Positions 53,012 to 63,970 of a stretch of DNA of 64,000 nucleotides are shown piece after piece. The translations under genes were made by a program, and so were the position numbers. The notes under the pieces were generated by a model. That model searched no databases. It saw nothing but the letters and a program-made list of their open reading frames with translations, and was not told the origin of the DNA. Position 1 is the first letter of the stretch, and each line of letters begins with the position of its first letter. Origin of the DNA: an uncultured delta proteobacterium (GTDB taxonomy: Bacteria > Desulfobacterota > WTBG01 > CAIYCZ01 > CAIRTM01); contig CAWDSQ010000026.1 in the NCBI GenBank assembly GCA_963804955.1, forward strand, positions 32,001-96,000. The letters are read 5' to 3'.

Positions 53012-54701
53012 TTACCGTACCGTAAAATCAGCGCACCGAAAATCAGGGTTCTGGCCGTAGATTTCAACTTCAGCCTTTGTAGCGCCCTGTTCCAGCTCAA
53101 ACGGATTAATGAAGTAAGAGCCAATGATAATTCTTGTGCCGATCCGGACCCTGAGCAGACTGCGAATGGCATCAGAAGCAAAGCGGACCTTGAAGGACCC
53201 GAAATCAATGCCGCTTTCTTTATCTGCCATGATAATGTACGGAACAACAGGTGCAAAGAAAGCCGTAACCCTAAAAATCTGTTTGGGGACGATAGTCAGG
53301 GAGCAGGGAGCCGCCTCGCATCCTTCATGGTTTTTCCAGTCAGTGTCGTCGCAGTCCGGGCCGACGGTGCAATTGTCACCGTAGCTGTCGCCGTCATTGT
53401 CAATACAGACGGGAACGGTCGAGGTCGTGCTTATTGATGTCGTGGTGGTGGGTGCCACCGTTGTGGTAGTCGGTTCAACCGTTGTGGTGGTCGGTTCAAC
53501 CGTCGTGGTAGTCGGTTCAACCGTCGTGGTGGTCGGTTCAACCGTCGTGGTAGTCGGTTCAACCGTCGTGGTTGTTGGTTCCACCGTTGTGGTGGTTGGT
53601 TCAACCGTTGTGGTAGTTGGCTCCACCGTCGTGGTGGTTGAAGTTGTTATCTCAACACAGCCGGCACGTACTGCGCGAGCATAGCCTGCGTCGGACTTCA
53701 GAATATTGTTCACATAGCCGCCGGCGAATTCAACAGCCCATGCTCGTGCTGAACTGTTTGCATACGTAGCAGACGACCAGAGTAGTAGTCCTGTGCTACG
53801 CCGGGGAAATACGTGGTGTTTACAGCCGGGCCGTACTGGCCATAATCAGCAATTGTTTGCAGTTCTTTTTCATCGGGCAAACGCCAATCGGCATAGCCGC
53901 CATAGTTTGCAGTGTTCAGGTCGGCGATAAAATCCTGCGTGTCATTGTCGTGCCCGGCGTGCCGGTTAAGCCGTCATACCAGGTATAGGTATTGTCTGCA
54001 TCATTGGGGTCTGCGTAATCGGTCAGGTTGTCCGCACTGTGCTTTTCTTCCCAGACAAGGCCTGTAATATCGTCGCGCACCATGTCCCAGGTGGTGGCAT
54101 TGTCCGGCAGGGTGACGCAGCCGTCGGCAAGCTTGGTATACATAGGCGGATTGATGGTGTAGTCGTGATCTTCGCCGAACGTTGCCGTATAGCTCTGTGT
54201 CTGACCGGTATCGGGTACAGGCCAAAGGGTCAGGTTATCAAATGACCCGGCCTCTCCTAATCGTACAGCACGCACATAATTGGCGCCCGTCTTAACATAC
54301 CCCTGCAGATATCCGAAAGCAAAGGCTACAAACCATGCCCTGCCCGTGCTGTTCCTTTCAGTTGTTGAGCTCCAGTACCTGGCCGAAAAGGTGACAGGGA
54401 AATAGGATATATCAATGCAGGGGTTCGTTCGAGAGCTGTCGACGAGAGACACCAGTTCCTTGGCATTGGGCATACGCCAGTCCGTATGCCCGGCAATGTC
54501 AAGGGTTTCGCAGTAAGCAAGCGCCTGCTCCCAGGTATAGGTGCCATTATCTGTTGCCTGCTGCCACATGAGTCCCGTTCCATTATCGGTGACCGTTCCG
54601 TCGCCATTGTCTATAAAACCTGCCTGCGCAGCCGGGCAGCACAGCATCAGCCCAACAAGTGCCCCCACAAGTATTCCCGTGTTGAGTTTTTTCCGTCTCA
54701 T
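53012..54701 (-). CDS. Secreted protein: two DUF1566 domains, Thr-rich linker, Cys/Asp motif and C-terminal beta domain (frameshifts near 53945 and 53780)
   Basis: Signal; F.DNGDGTVTD..TGLMWQ, DWRMP..KEL, YWSST, VRAVR; second domain PDTGQT..., D.ITGLVWE, GYADWRLP; ORF 53012..53713 gives the C-terminus. Confidence 0.85.
53452..53642 (-). repeat. 21-bp tandem repeat encoding about nine (TTTTVEP) units
   Basis: GGTTCAACCGTYGTGGTRGTY units with synonymous variation. Confidence 0.95.
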
Positions 54702-54901
54702 GTTGATCTCTCCTAAAATTATTGTATAATAAAATAATAATGCTGCTTATCATAAAGCATTTGCTTCATAATCCGGTACAAGTGTTTATGAATGTAGCAT
54801 AAACAAAGCGTTGTTTTCAAGGATTAAAGAGTCCTGTCGTGGCACACTAGTAGGCTGTCACAGGTGCAAATCTTCAGGTGCAGGCCCGGCCGTCCCATTA
54901 A

Positions 54902-55066
54902 GAGACTGTGTCGCAATGAATAAAAGATGTTATCTCGATCCCTTCGGCTTCGCTCAGGGCAAGCTCCGGGAGAGATCTTTGCCTGAAGCAAAATCAAAGC
55001 CTAAGACTTCTCACCGCCTGTGGGGAATTCGAAATGACAGTACAAAACTAATTGCGACACTGCCTC
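54902..55066. mobile_element. MITE of the 2634-2774 TIR family with REP cargo
   Basis: GAGACTGTGTCGCAAT ... ATTGCGACACTGCCTC; target duplication not conserved. Confidence 0.75.
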
Positions 55067-55236
55067 AGAGCCGGGAGGGGGGAGGATACCGGTGATGATT
55101 TAAGCAGGTATGTTTCTTTGATGCCCCTTGTTTCCTGTTGACAGTTGAAAGGGGCTTTGACACTATTCTCACCACGTATATTCACTATGTCTGAAAAACA
55201 ATTTCCCATTGGTGTAAAATCATAAAAACCGTAAAC

Positions 55237-56843
55237 ATGGCAGCATCCCTCAAAAACTATTGCCTGCACAGGCCCTTTGTTCCGCTTGCCGGAATTGTTT
55301 TTTTTGCGCTCGCACTGAGGCTGGTCTTTTTTGTCGGGCTTGGCTTTAACGACGATTCCTATTACCTGCAATTTGCAGAAACGATTTATAAGGGATTGCC
55401 TTTTCATCCTACACGGTATGTCTGGTCCGTGCGAATCGGCGTTTATCTTCCGGTAGTGCTGATCTGGAAACTATTCGGCATATCGGAATACTCGACAGCG
55501 CTTTTTTTTCTCCTGTGTTCTCTGGGCACTGTTATCGCTGTATACTTATTGGAAAGCAGCTGTTCAATGCAGCAACCGGGCTTATCGCTGCATTTCTTCT
55601 ATCCCTTTTTCCCCTTGATATTATTTATGCCACACAGGTAGGGCCAGAGGTGCCTTTTTCGCTGTTTGCATGCCTGAGCATTTTATGGTTTCTGAAAGCC
55701 TATGGCTCTGACAGAAGATACAGGCTCTATGGGCTGCTTGCCGGGGCTGGGCTCGGCGTGGCCAATCTGTTCAAGGAAACGTTTATTCTCGTGCCGGTGT
55801 GCTGTGCTGTGTATATCGCATGCGACCTTTTTGCCGGTATACGAAAGGGGCCATGGCGCGAGCGCTTACAGTGTTCCGTATCGTTTTTCAACAAAAAGCT
55901 TTTTATCATCTGCCTGCTTTATTGCTGCGGCTTTGCAGTTGTGCATCAATTGCAAAATCTATATTTGCATGAGTTGACGGGGGAATGGTTTTTTGCGGAA
56001 AAGGCAAAAGCCTGGACGCTCAATAACGACAAGAACTGCAATGACGATTTCGGCCTGTACCCCAAGGCTTTGCTGAACATGGATAAAAACAGGTTTGAAT
56101 GGATACACAACAAGCCGTTTTTCGGCTTTATCTACTGGGCCGTGCTGGCGGGAATTTTAGTGCTTGCGCTGCGGCGCCGGTTTTCGCGTCAGGCTTTTTT
56201 TGTTCTGGGCTGGCTTTTGGTGTTCTTTTTTTTCTTTCAATACGGCCTGCATTTTGTTGCAACCGTGCTGGCTCATGACGGCATGCGGCCCCGGCATATG
56301 CGATTTCTGCTGTCCATGTCAGCTCCCGCAGTTCTGCTTATTGCCTGCGCATTCAATATGGAATCAAGGGCTGGAGGCTGGTTCAGACTGCTGCTGCTGC
56401 TGTTTCTGCTGGCCACATCGATTCACTATACCAGACAGTGCAGCACTTTTTTAAGAAACGGCATGGGTTATGTGCGGGAAACAGTGCACTACCTGCAAAG
56501 TGCCGGGGGAAAAACCGTATATATACCGGATAACTGGTCTCTTTCAAAATTCAGCTTTTTTGCCGGCTATGATGATGCCTTTGCAGACAGTCTTGAAGTC
56601 TATGAATGCAGCCGGATTAATTGCTCGAACAGCCACTATGACAGGGGAGACTATATTAAAGATGCCTATGTCGTTACATTTGTGAACCCCTACACCTATA
56701 TAAACACAAGAAGCGCGGGGAGAAAAATTTATCCGTCCTTCATGTCGTCTCCTCCTGCGCATTGGCGGCTTGTCAAGACGATAGAGCTTCCCAATTACGG
56801 CATCTTCAGCAAGTTCAAACCACAGATTTATTATGCTCCTTAG
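55237..56843 (+). CDS. GT-C fold membrane glycosyltransferase (ArnT/PMT, GT39/83-like; frameshift near 55550)
   Basis: Many TM helices, DD..Y motif in the first loop, LFG.SE, E.P and KE motifs. Confidence 0.8.
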
Positions 56844-56989
56844 GCACAGGCATCAGAGCCATAGGCGGTTTCAAAAAAATGTACGCCTTACAACCGAAAA
56901 ACCATGCGCACATCGCGTGCAATTATGCTCATTGTATCTAAAAAGCACACTGCCCGCAGTGGCTGCCAAATCGCATACGAGGTAAAGCT

Positions 56990-57881
56990 ATGCTCTACAG
57001 AGCTCTAGGGCTATCCGGCATGCAGGTGTCGCTGCTGGGCTACGGCGGCTGGGCTCTGGGCAAAAAAGGCTGGCCCGGTGTTGATGAAAAAGAGGCGCGA
57101 AAGACTCTTGAAGCCTGTATCGGGCAGGGCATCAATTTTTTCGACACAGCCCCTGTGTACGGTTTCGGCCGCTCGGAAGAAGTGCTCGGCGAAGCGCTCA
57201 GCGGCATGAGGCAGCAGGTCATTATCGCCACCAAATGCGGCCTGCGCTGGGACGACCGGGGTTACGTGAAGCACAATCTCTCGCCGCGATTCTATTGCAT
57301 GGGAAATTGAGCTCAGCCTGCAGCGCCTGAAGACCGACTATATCGATCTCTACCAGATTCACTGGCCCGACCGGCATACGCCCCTGGAGGAAACCCTGGA
57401 AAAACTTGCTGAGCTGCAGGCTCAGGGCGTCATCCGGCATATCGGCGTGAGCAATTTCAGCCCTGAGCTGCTTGAAAAAGCCCGTGCTCTTGCGCCTGTA
57501 GTGTCGGTGCAGGAGCCCTATAACATGCTGCAGCGGGAGGCCGAGGCAGCTTTGCTGCCCCTGTGCAGACGGCTTGGCCTTGGCTTTATCTGCTACAGCC
57601 CCCTGGCGCAGGGCCTTCTCGGAAATGTGCTGAGCCCGGATTTCAAACCCGGCAGGCATGATGTGCGCCGCCTCAACCCGCTGTACCGCAACCGGGAATT
57701 ATTTGCGGCAGGCCTGGCGCTGGTTGAAAAAAATCAGCCCGGCCCTGCGGCAGCGGCCCTTGCTTTTGTTGCACGGCAGGAAGCTGTGAGCACCATGCTG
57801 GTCAGCATGACGCAGCGAAAGCATCTTGCTGAAAACTGCGCAGCGCTCCTGCATGCCGGCGGCAGGCAGAACCTCAGCTGA
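56990..57881 (+). CDS. Aldo/keto reductase (frameshift near 57285)
   Basis: GINFFDTAPVYG.G.SE, IATKCG; next frame SLQRLKTDYIDLYQIHWPD, IGVSNF, YSPLAQG. Confidence 0.92.
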
Positions 57882-58262
57882 ATGTATTTTTACGGGACGA
57901 TCTTGTTTAAAAAAAATATGGGCTGCTTCGTCCGCCGAAGAGCTGACATACTCCACTGGCCACTATCGTTTCATGCTTTTAAAACACGCTTTAATACAGC
58001 GCAAAGTACTCTTTTCTTCATACTGAAAACAAGATTGCCGCACATCCTGCTAAAATTGCTTATCTATTTTTCTTTCTTCATGTACCGAAAACATTCTTCA
58101 TATTTTTTTGAAAAATCACGTCGCAAAACACCTTCTATTAGCCTGAATTTACAGCGTATTTTTTTTATTAAAATTTGCCTTGACGAAACACCCTCTTCTC
58201 CATTATGACATAGCCTTCACGGCACTCCTGTATTTGAAACTCAACACATTACTGATGATCAC

Positions 58263-59267
58263 ATGAAGCGCACACAGGCTGTTGAACGCACTATTGACTA
58301 TTTACCCGGCATACACATGACGGGCTCAATGAAGGAGCTGTACAGAACGGCAAAAAGTTTATGTGAGGCTGACGCACCCTGCCTGCTTATCAACGGCGAA
58401 AGCGGAACAGGCAAAGAGCTGCTTGCAAAAAGCATCCATTATACGCTGTCACCACAGTCTCTGTTCATACCCATCAGCTGCGTCAACCTGCCGTATGACC
58501 ATTTTGAAGAAAAAATTGAAGCCTGCCTCTCAGATGTCTGCAGCGATACTGCCGGACAGACCGGATGTGACGCAAGGTATGCGGCAACATTGTTTTTCCG
58601 CGACATAAGCAAGCTTGAGCACTCGGTACAAAAAAATCTTCTGGGGCTTCTTCAAAAAAAAATAGGCGGGCCGCGCAGCCGCACGCAAGATCATGCAGGA
58701 CGCATCAGGCTGGTATTTTCAAACAGCGGGAAAAGCGGTGGCGCCGACGGAAGCGAACAGTGCATAAAAGCCTTTAATCCCCAGCTTGTCAGCATTCTGC
58801 CGCTTCGCGACCGCCCTGCCGATATTGCGCATCTGGCAACTTTTTTCACCGACCGGTTTTCCAAGGAATACGGCAAGGATATCGGAGGCCTTCACAAATC
58901 GGCCCTGGATCGTCTTGAAAGCTGGCAATGGCCGGGCAATGTCAGCGAGCTGCGCGATGTTATCGAGAATGCGGTTCTGCTGTCGCGGCATATGCTCATC
59001 ATGGATGAAGACATACGCTTCAACGTTTCAAAAAAATTCATCGCCCTTGAAAGCTTTTTGTGCCATGAAGATTTCTTCACCCTTGAGGAAATTGAAAAAA
59101 TCTACATCCAGACCGTGCTGCGGCGAATGAAAAACAACAAAAGCAAAACCTCGAAAATACTTGGCATCTCCCGCAATACGCTGCAAAGCAAGCTTGAGGA
59201 TTACAGCTCCCTTCCCGCCAAACCCAAAACCCGGAAAAAGACGACAAGTCAGCAATCGCTGTTTTAA
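58263..59267 (+). CDS. Degenerate sigma54-activator-like AAA+ regulator with Fis-type HTH
   Basis: GESGTGKELLA, PLRDR..DI, WPGNV.EL, NKSKTSKILGISRNTL; no GAFTGA. Confidence 0.85.
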   Translation: MKRTQAVERTIDYLPGIHMTGSMKELYRTAKSLCEADAPCLLINGESGTGKELLAKSIHYTLSPQSLFIPISCVNLPYDHFEEKIEACLSDVCSDTAGQTGCDARYAATLFFRDISKLEHSVQKNLLGLLQKKIGGPRSRTQDHAGRIRLVFSNSGKSGGADGSEQCIKAFNPQLVSILPLRDRPADIAHLATFFTDRFSKEYGKDIGGLHKSALDRLESWQWPGNVSELRDVIENAVLLSRHMLIMDEDIRFNVSKKFIALESFLCHEDFFTLEEIEKIYIQTVLRRMKNNKSKTSKILGISRNTLQSKLEDYSSLPAKPKTRKKTTSQQSLF

Positions 59268-59366
59268 CCCCCCTTCTCCCGGACATTCGAAGCTGCTTTT
59301 AGAGAACGGCCCGCAGAGGCTGAGCAGGTGCGAAACGGCTGCGGCTACTCAAAGGCCGGCGCTTTT

Positions 59367-60318
59367 TCATCTCCTGACAGTATCTGATGGGTGCCGCTGC
59401 GCTGAAAAAGCATGCGTCTTGAAGCATGCTACAACCTCCGGGTCGAACTGCGTGCCCGTGCACCGCTCCAGTTCCTCAATAGCCTTCCACGGGGGCATGC
59501 CCGAACGATAGGGCCTGTCAGTAGTCATGGCGTCATAGGAGTCGGCAACCGCCAAAATGCGCGCTCCCAGCGGCACTTCACCCGAAGGAGCACCTTTGTG
59601 GCTCGTCATGATCGAAATACTGGTGATGGGCCCGGACAAGCGGAATAGCGTCGCTCAACACACTGGAAACCGAAGAAAGTATCTGTGCTCCGCGCTCGGT
59701 ATGGCTGGCCATGATATTTTTTTCTTCGCTGCTGAGCGAAGCTGCTTTGCCGATAAGTTCCGTGCTGATATCGACTTTTCCGATATCATGCAGCAGCGCC
59801 GCGACTTTGATATTTTCAATCTCCTGGGGCGGCAGATTCATGGCCGCGGCTATTTCGGTGGCATAATGCGAAACCCGCACGGAATGGCCCTGCGTGTATT
59901 TATCGGCAGACTCGATGTATTTTGACAGTATTTCCAGTATGCCCATATAGGCGCTTTTGAGCTGAACTACTTTTTTTTCGTTTTCTTCATGCAGATGGCC
60001 GACAATGATTGAACACAGTATGAGGAAACTGCCCCATGAAATGATATTTACATAAAATGACAAAACTGACTGACTCGGCTTGAAATTGTCATAGTTCAGA
60101 AACACATAAAATATGACCGCCGTGACGCTGAAAATACTGGTAAGCAGGGCTTTTCTTTTCCCCAGAACAAATCCGGCGACAATCGAAGGAAGATAGAACA
60201 TATTCAGAAGGGCGAGCTTTTCGGCAATAAAATAATTCAAAGCAACAACAGCAACCAGAATAAACAGCACCACGATCTGCTCGAAATTTTTAAAAATATA
60301 TGCCTTAATATTCGACAT
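59367..60318 (-). CDS. Membrane-anchored HD-GYP-family phosphohydrolase (frameshift near 59585)
   Basis: About 4 N-terminal [44 protein letters not shown]. Confidence 0.9.
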
Positions 60319-60938
60319 ACACCCTCCTTTGAACATATGTTCTCAAAATTATGCAGTTCTTACATAAAGCTTTCGACTACCCGCTCATCAGACGCCATCA
60401 AAAAGGAAATTGCAAATGATAAAATTTAAACTAAAAAATTTTTATAATAACAAAAAATTAATTTAAGCATTAAAATTATATGAAGAAGCCTTAGAGGTGT
60501 CAAGACAATATACTTGGCAATATACCTGCAGCTATTCATTTGTGATTTTTTGCAAGAATCATAAAATAATTTTTTTTGCGGCTGGATCGAGATTGTTATC
60601 AAATCAGGATTCGCCAGCACACGTAGCAGCCGGTTCCGAACCGGGCGAGTTTTCAGGTAACATAACACGAGCATAAAAACAGTTGCACTAAAGTCGCTTA
60701 TGATTGACTAGAATAAGAGTCTGCGCAGTAGTATCTTAGCTGCGAAAATCAGTATTTATCTTTTATACTCGCATAATTCAGCTTTAACTTAATCTGACAG
60801 AGTAAAGATTTCTTATGATAATAGGGAAAAATTATGAAATGGTTCTCAGTCAACATTAGAGCCGCAGTGTGGGGTTTCAGGCAGGCACTGGGACAAAATC
60901 ATTGATTTCTCTTTAATAGCTCTCAGCTGAAAAACCTC

Positions 60939-61122
60939 TTGAAAAGTCCTTTTCTTATGCTAGATTTTATGCATAAAAGAGGCCATTACTGATTAAAGGG
61001 GAAATCGCCCTGGATTCCGTTACTGCGAAACATTGATTTTACTCTTCTACAGGCCTCCAAACAATCAACAATAGCAGCGGCACCAACAGCATCTTTTGTA
61101 ACCGGGTTGCTTTTTGTGCTTC
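60939..61122 (+). promoter_or_regulatory. Promoter + leader homologous to 34001-34206
   Basis: TTGAAA-16 nt-TAGATT then collinear blocks shared with the 34-kb leader. Confidence 0.55.
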
Positions 61123-61273
61123 CTTTTGGGGTAGCCTCCTGAAACAAAGAAGGACAGCCGGGGTGAGGAACACCCCCTTTTGAACATACTATAATAATCA
61201 ATTGTTTAGTGTGACAGACAAGTTTAATGCCCCGGGCTATAATTATATAACCATTTTATAGAAGGGACACGCG

Positions 61274-62596
61274 ATGCTGCTACGGATGAAAAAGTCCATT
61301 GTTGGCTATTCACTCTTGATAATATTTCTTATTGCAGCTTTGTGCGCTGCCAAGGCATTCGCTCTGGAAAATAAGCCAGACGCCGCAATCGCTAAATGGA
61401 GCGGCCAAAATTGGGGAATAGTTAAGATTGCTCCCAGAATGGCAAGATATGGCGATCAGATTAGCATTCACGGAATAGTCGTTGGCGGACCTGCAGCAGA
61501 TCCGTTCTGGAGCTGTTCTCAATATTCAGCCTGGATCGCCAATGGCACCAGCTCAATCAGTATTTCTATACCCGGGGATTGGGATATGCCAAACAGCGGC
61601 ATAGATTATTTTGGAAATAAGGTAAATGTCATGACTATGGATGGGGGCGATCCTCCTCCCTATGGATGGGAAAATAGAATTTCTGATACCTGCTACTGTT
61701 TTGTTACAGATTTTGGCGCATCAGGGGGGTGCGAATCCCGTGAGGTCCAGCCTTTGCTTTTCAGAATGATGGATCTCATGAATCCCCGGGAGGGGAATGT
61801 GCAATTTGCAACTGTTCTGAGCGGCAGCGGATGGACTCATATCGGAGGTGCCTTCGAAGGTCATGTTGGTGTTGGCTGGTTCGACAGAGCGGCTGATTAT
61901 GTATATGTTGTTTCTGATGATGCCCTCTTAAATGATGATTTAGACCAGGACGGCCTGCCTGATGCGTGGGAGTATGCACATTCGCCCAAACGGGACCTTG
62001 ACGATTTTGCAGGCGGCGATATTGATAAAGCTTCAAGCATGAAAAGCAGGTCAGCGGAAGCGGACTGGATTAATCCCTATGCGCCTGGCGATCCGGGCTG
62101 GATATCCGCGGGACCAAATGATTGGGATGGGGATGGTGTCTCTAATAAAGATGAATATTTGAAATGGAAAGATAATAAAAAAGACAGTGAAGGTTGGCCA
62201 TATGATCCAACAATCATCAATGTGCCCTGCATCGATGTCGACAATGACACCTACGGACAAGGCTGTGATGCGGGGCCTGACTGCGACGATACGGATGCTT
62301 TTTACACCACTATCTGCCCGGACTGCCAGGTAAAGGTTATGCCCAAAACCTTTGGCAGACTGATTGGCGACCAAGAGAGGACCAGATGGCTGCTCATTAT
62401 CGGGGAGCGGGGGGCGGATTTCGGCGATAACGCCACGATCAAATGGGAGTCAAATGCGATAGAAGTTGTTAAGAAGCATGTGTTTTTCAAGCGGATCATG
62501 TTAATGCAGGCAAAGTTACACGGCGAGCCGCTTGAGAAGCAGGACTATCGTGTGCTTGTCAACAGCTGCGAAGGCAAGATCACCTGGGAGAGATGA
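61274..62596 (+). CDS. Secreted hypothetical protein with DxDxDG Ca-binding motifs and the shared C-terminal module
   Basis: Signal peptide (AFA cleavage); DLDQDGLPDAWE, DWDGDGVSN..EY; CIDVDNDTYGQGCDAGPDCDDTD. Confidence 0.8.
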   Translation: MLLRMKKSIVGYSLLIIFLIAALCAAKAFALENKPDAAIAKWSGQNWGIVKIAPRMARYGDQISIHGIVVGGPAADPFWSCSQYSAWIANGTSSISISIPGDWDMPNSGIDYFGNKVNVMTMDGGDPPPYGWENRISDTCYCFVTDFGASGGCESREVQPLLFRMMDLMNPREGNVQFATVLSGSGWTHIGGAFEGHVGVGWFDRAADYVYVVSDDALLNDDLDQDGLPDAWEYAHSPKRDLDDFAGGDIDKASSMKSRSAEADWINPYAPGDPGWISAGPNDWDGDGVSNKDEYLKWKDNKKDSEGWPYDPTIINVPCIDVDNDTYGQGCDAGPDCDDTDAFYTTICPDCQVKVMPKTFGRLIGDQERTRWLLIIGERGADFGDNATIKWESNAIEVVKKHVFFKRIMLMQAKLHGEPLEKQDYRVLVNSCEGKITWER

Positions 62597-62636
62597 TCAC
62601 GGGCAGCGTTTGCAGATCTCTACCACAACAGAACAT

Positions 62637-62680
62637 GCCCCGTTCACCTGTTTATACATCAGGACGAACGGGGCTTTTTT
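62637..62680 (+). terminator. Intrinsic terminator
   Basis: GCCCCGTTC...GAACGGGGC-TTTTTT. Confidence 0.8.
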
Positions 62681-62944
62681 ATGCAGGGTGGAATAAAAAA
62701 GCAACGCACAGCTTATCTATAAATTGTGGTCAGAACAAATCAGAAAAAGCCAGCATTACATTTATACTTTGGAATAGAGCATTGAACAAATTACAATAAC
62801 CATTATTCATATGTTTACGATCAACACAGCCCTTGGTCATTCCCTATGTTAAAAGTCAAGGGGCACAAGAATGAAAGTAATATTTTTTTTTGGTTAATAA
62901 AGATCACATAACCATTATATACAAGGAACAATCCCTAAAACAAT

Positions 62945-63970
62945 CTCCTATAAGCAGACAGGCCAGTCAAAGACAAGAGCCGCTGCATTATCCGCATCAT
63001 GTTTTAAAGGTGTGGGCCCGCAGTCTGGCTTGGACAGACGGGTTAAACCCGCTGCAGGAATGACTCAGCGCTGCCCACAGAAAGAATACAATGGTGATTG
63101 TCCTTGTCCTTTATTTTCGGGGTTCAGTTATTCAACGATTGCCACGACATAGGGCTGCCGGTTGTTTAAAACAAAACGTATCCGGTTCAAAAGTTTCCGG
63201 GCAATATGGATGATGGCATTGGTCTTTTTCAAACGTCGGCACAGCTTATTAAAAGCCAGGGTTAGCGCCGGGTCCTTGCGTACGGCAATCAGGAGCTTTC
63301 CACCAGAATCGCCCTCAGCATCGGGTTGCGACGCATGGTGATGTTGGTGATGTGCTCTTCTTCGCCGCTGGATTTTGTATCGGGGATAAGGCCGGCATAG
63401 CTTGCCAGCTTATCCAGATTTTTAAACCGGGAGATATCGCCGATTTCGGTGAGCAGGATCATGGCCGTCAGAGTGCTGATACCGGGTATGGTTTTTAAAA
63501 GCCATGACGCCTCGGCGTAGTCATAGGTTCGAGACAGCAGAATGATTTGCCGGGTTAGCCCGACAATGAGCTTGCGCAGATGCAGCAGCTCTTCAATGAG
63601 GGTTTTCAAGGCTATGGTGCCGCTTGTGTGTTCAAACTCTACTGATTCAAGCCAGCTGATGAATCGACGGGACCAGCGCTTTGTTTCCATTTCAGGAGGC
63701 AGAAAAACGCCATAAAAGGCCAAAAGCGAGGCAATCTGGTTCTTGCAGCGAGTCTGTTTGCGGACCATGCCGTACCGGGTACGCAGCAAGCTGCGATCTT
63801 CACGCTGCATACTGCTGGGAATATGAATAGGCTGCAGGTCATGGCTTCTCAAGTTTTTACCCAATTTGCGGCTGTCTATTTTGTCATTTTTGCCGCGGCG
63901 CTGCTTGTCGGTTGTGGGAACATCTGCAGGGTTTACGACCATGGAATCAACTCCCTGCTGATGAAGACTA
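62945..63970 (-). mobile_element. IS110-family insertion sequence, 5'-truncated or interrupted
   Basis: Transposase plus ~185-nt structured 3' non-coding end; boundary near CTCCTATAAG is inferred. Confidence 0.75.
63128..63970 (-). CDS. IS110-family transposase/recombinase (partial; frameshift near 63290)
   Basis: VVNPADVP, K.DKIDS, L.TIPGI, EIGDI.RF, YAGL.P...SSG; tail IAVRKDPAL...IARKLLNRIR...VE* in the next frame. Confidence 0.92.

Noticed and set aside
53452..53642. Possible CRISPR array
   Set aside because: Contiguous 21-bp coding repeats without spacers; no cas genes.
32884..54701. DUF1566 domains as targets of a diversity-generating retroelement
   Set aside because: No reverse transcriptase, Avd or AAC-rich template repeat in the window, and the YWSS...VRAVR segments are internal rather than C-terminal. 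A remote DGR cannot be excluded.
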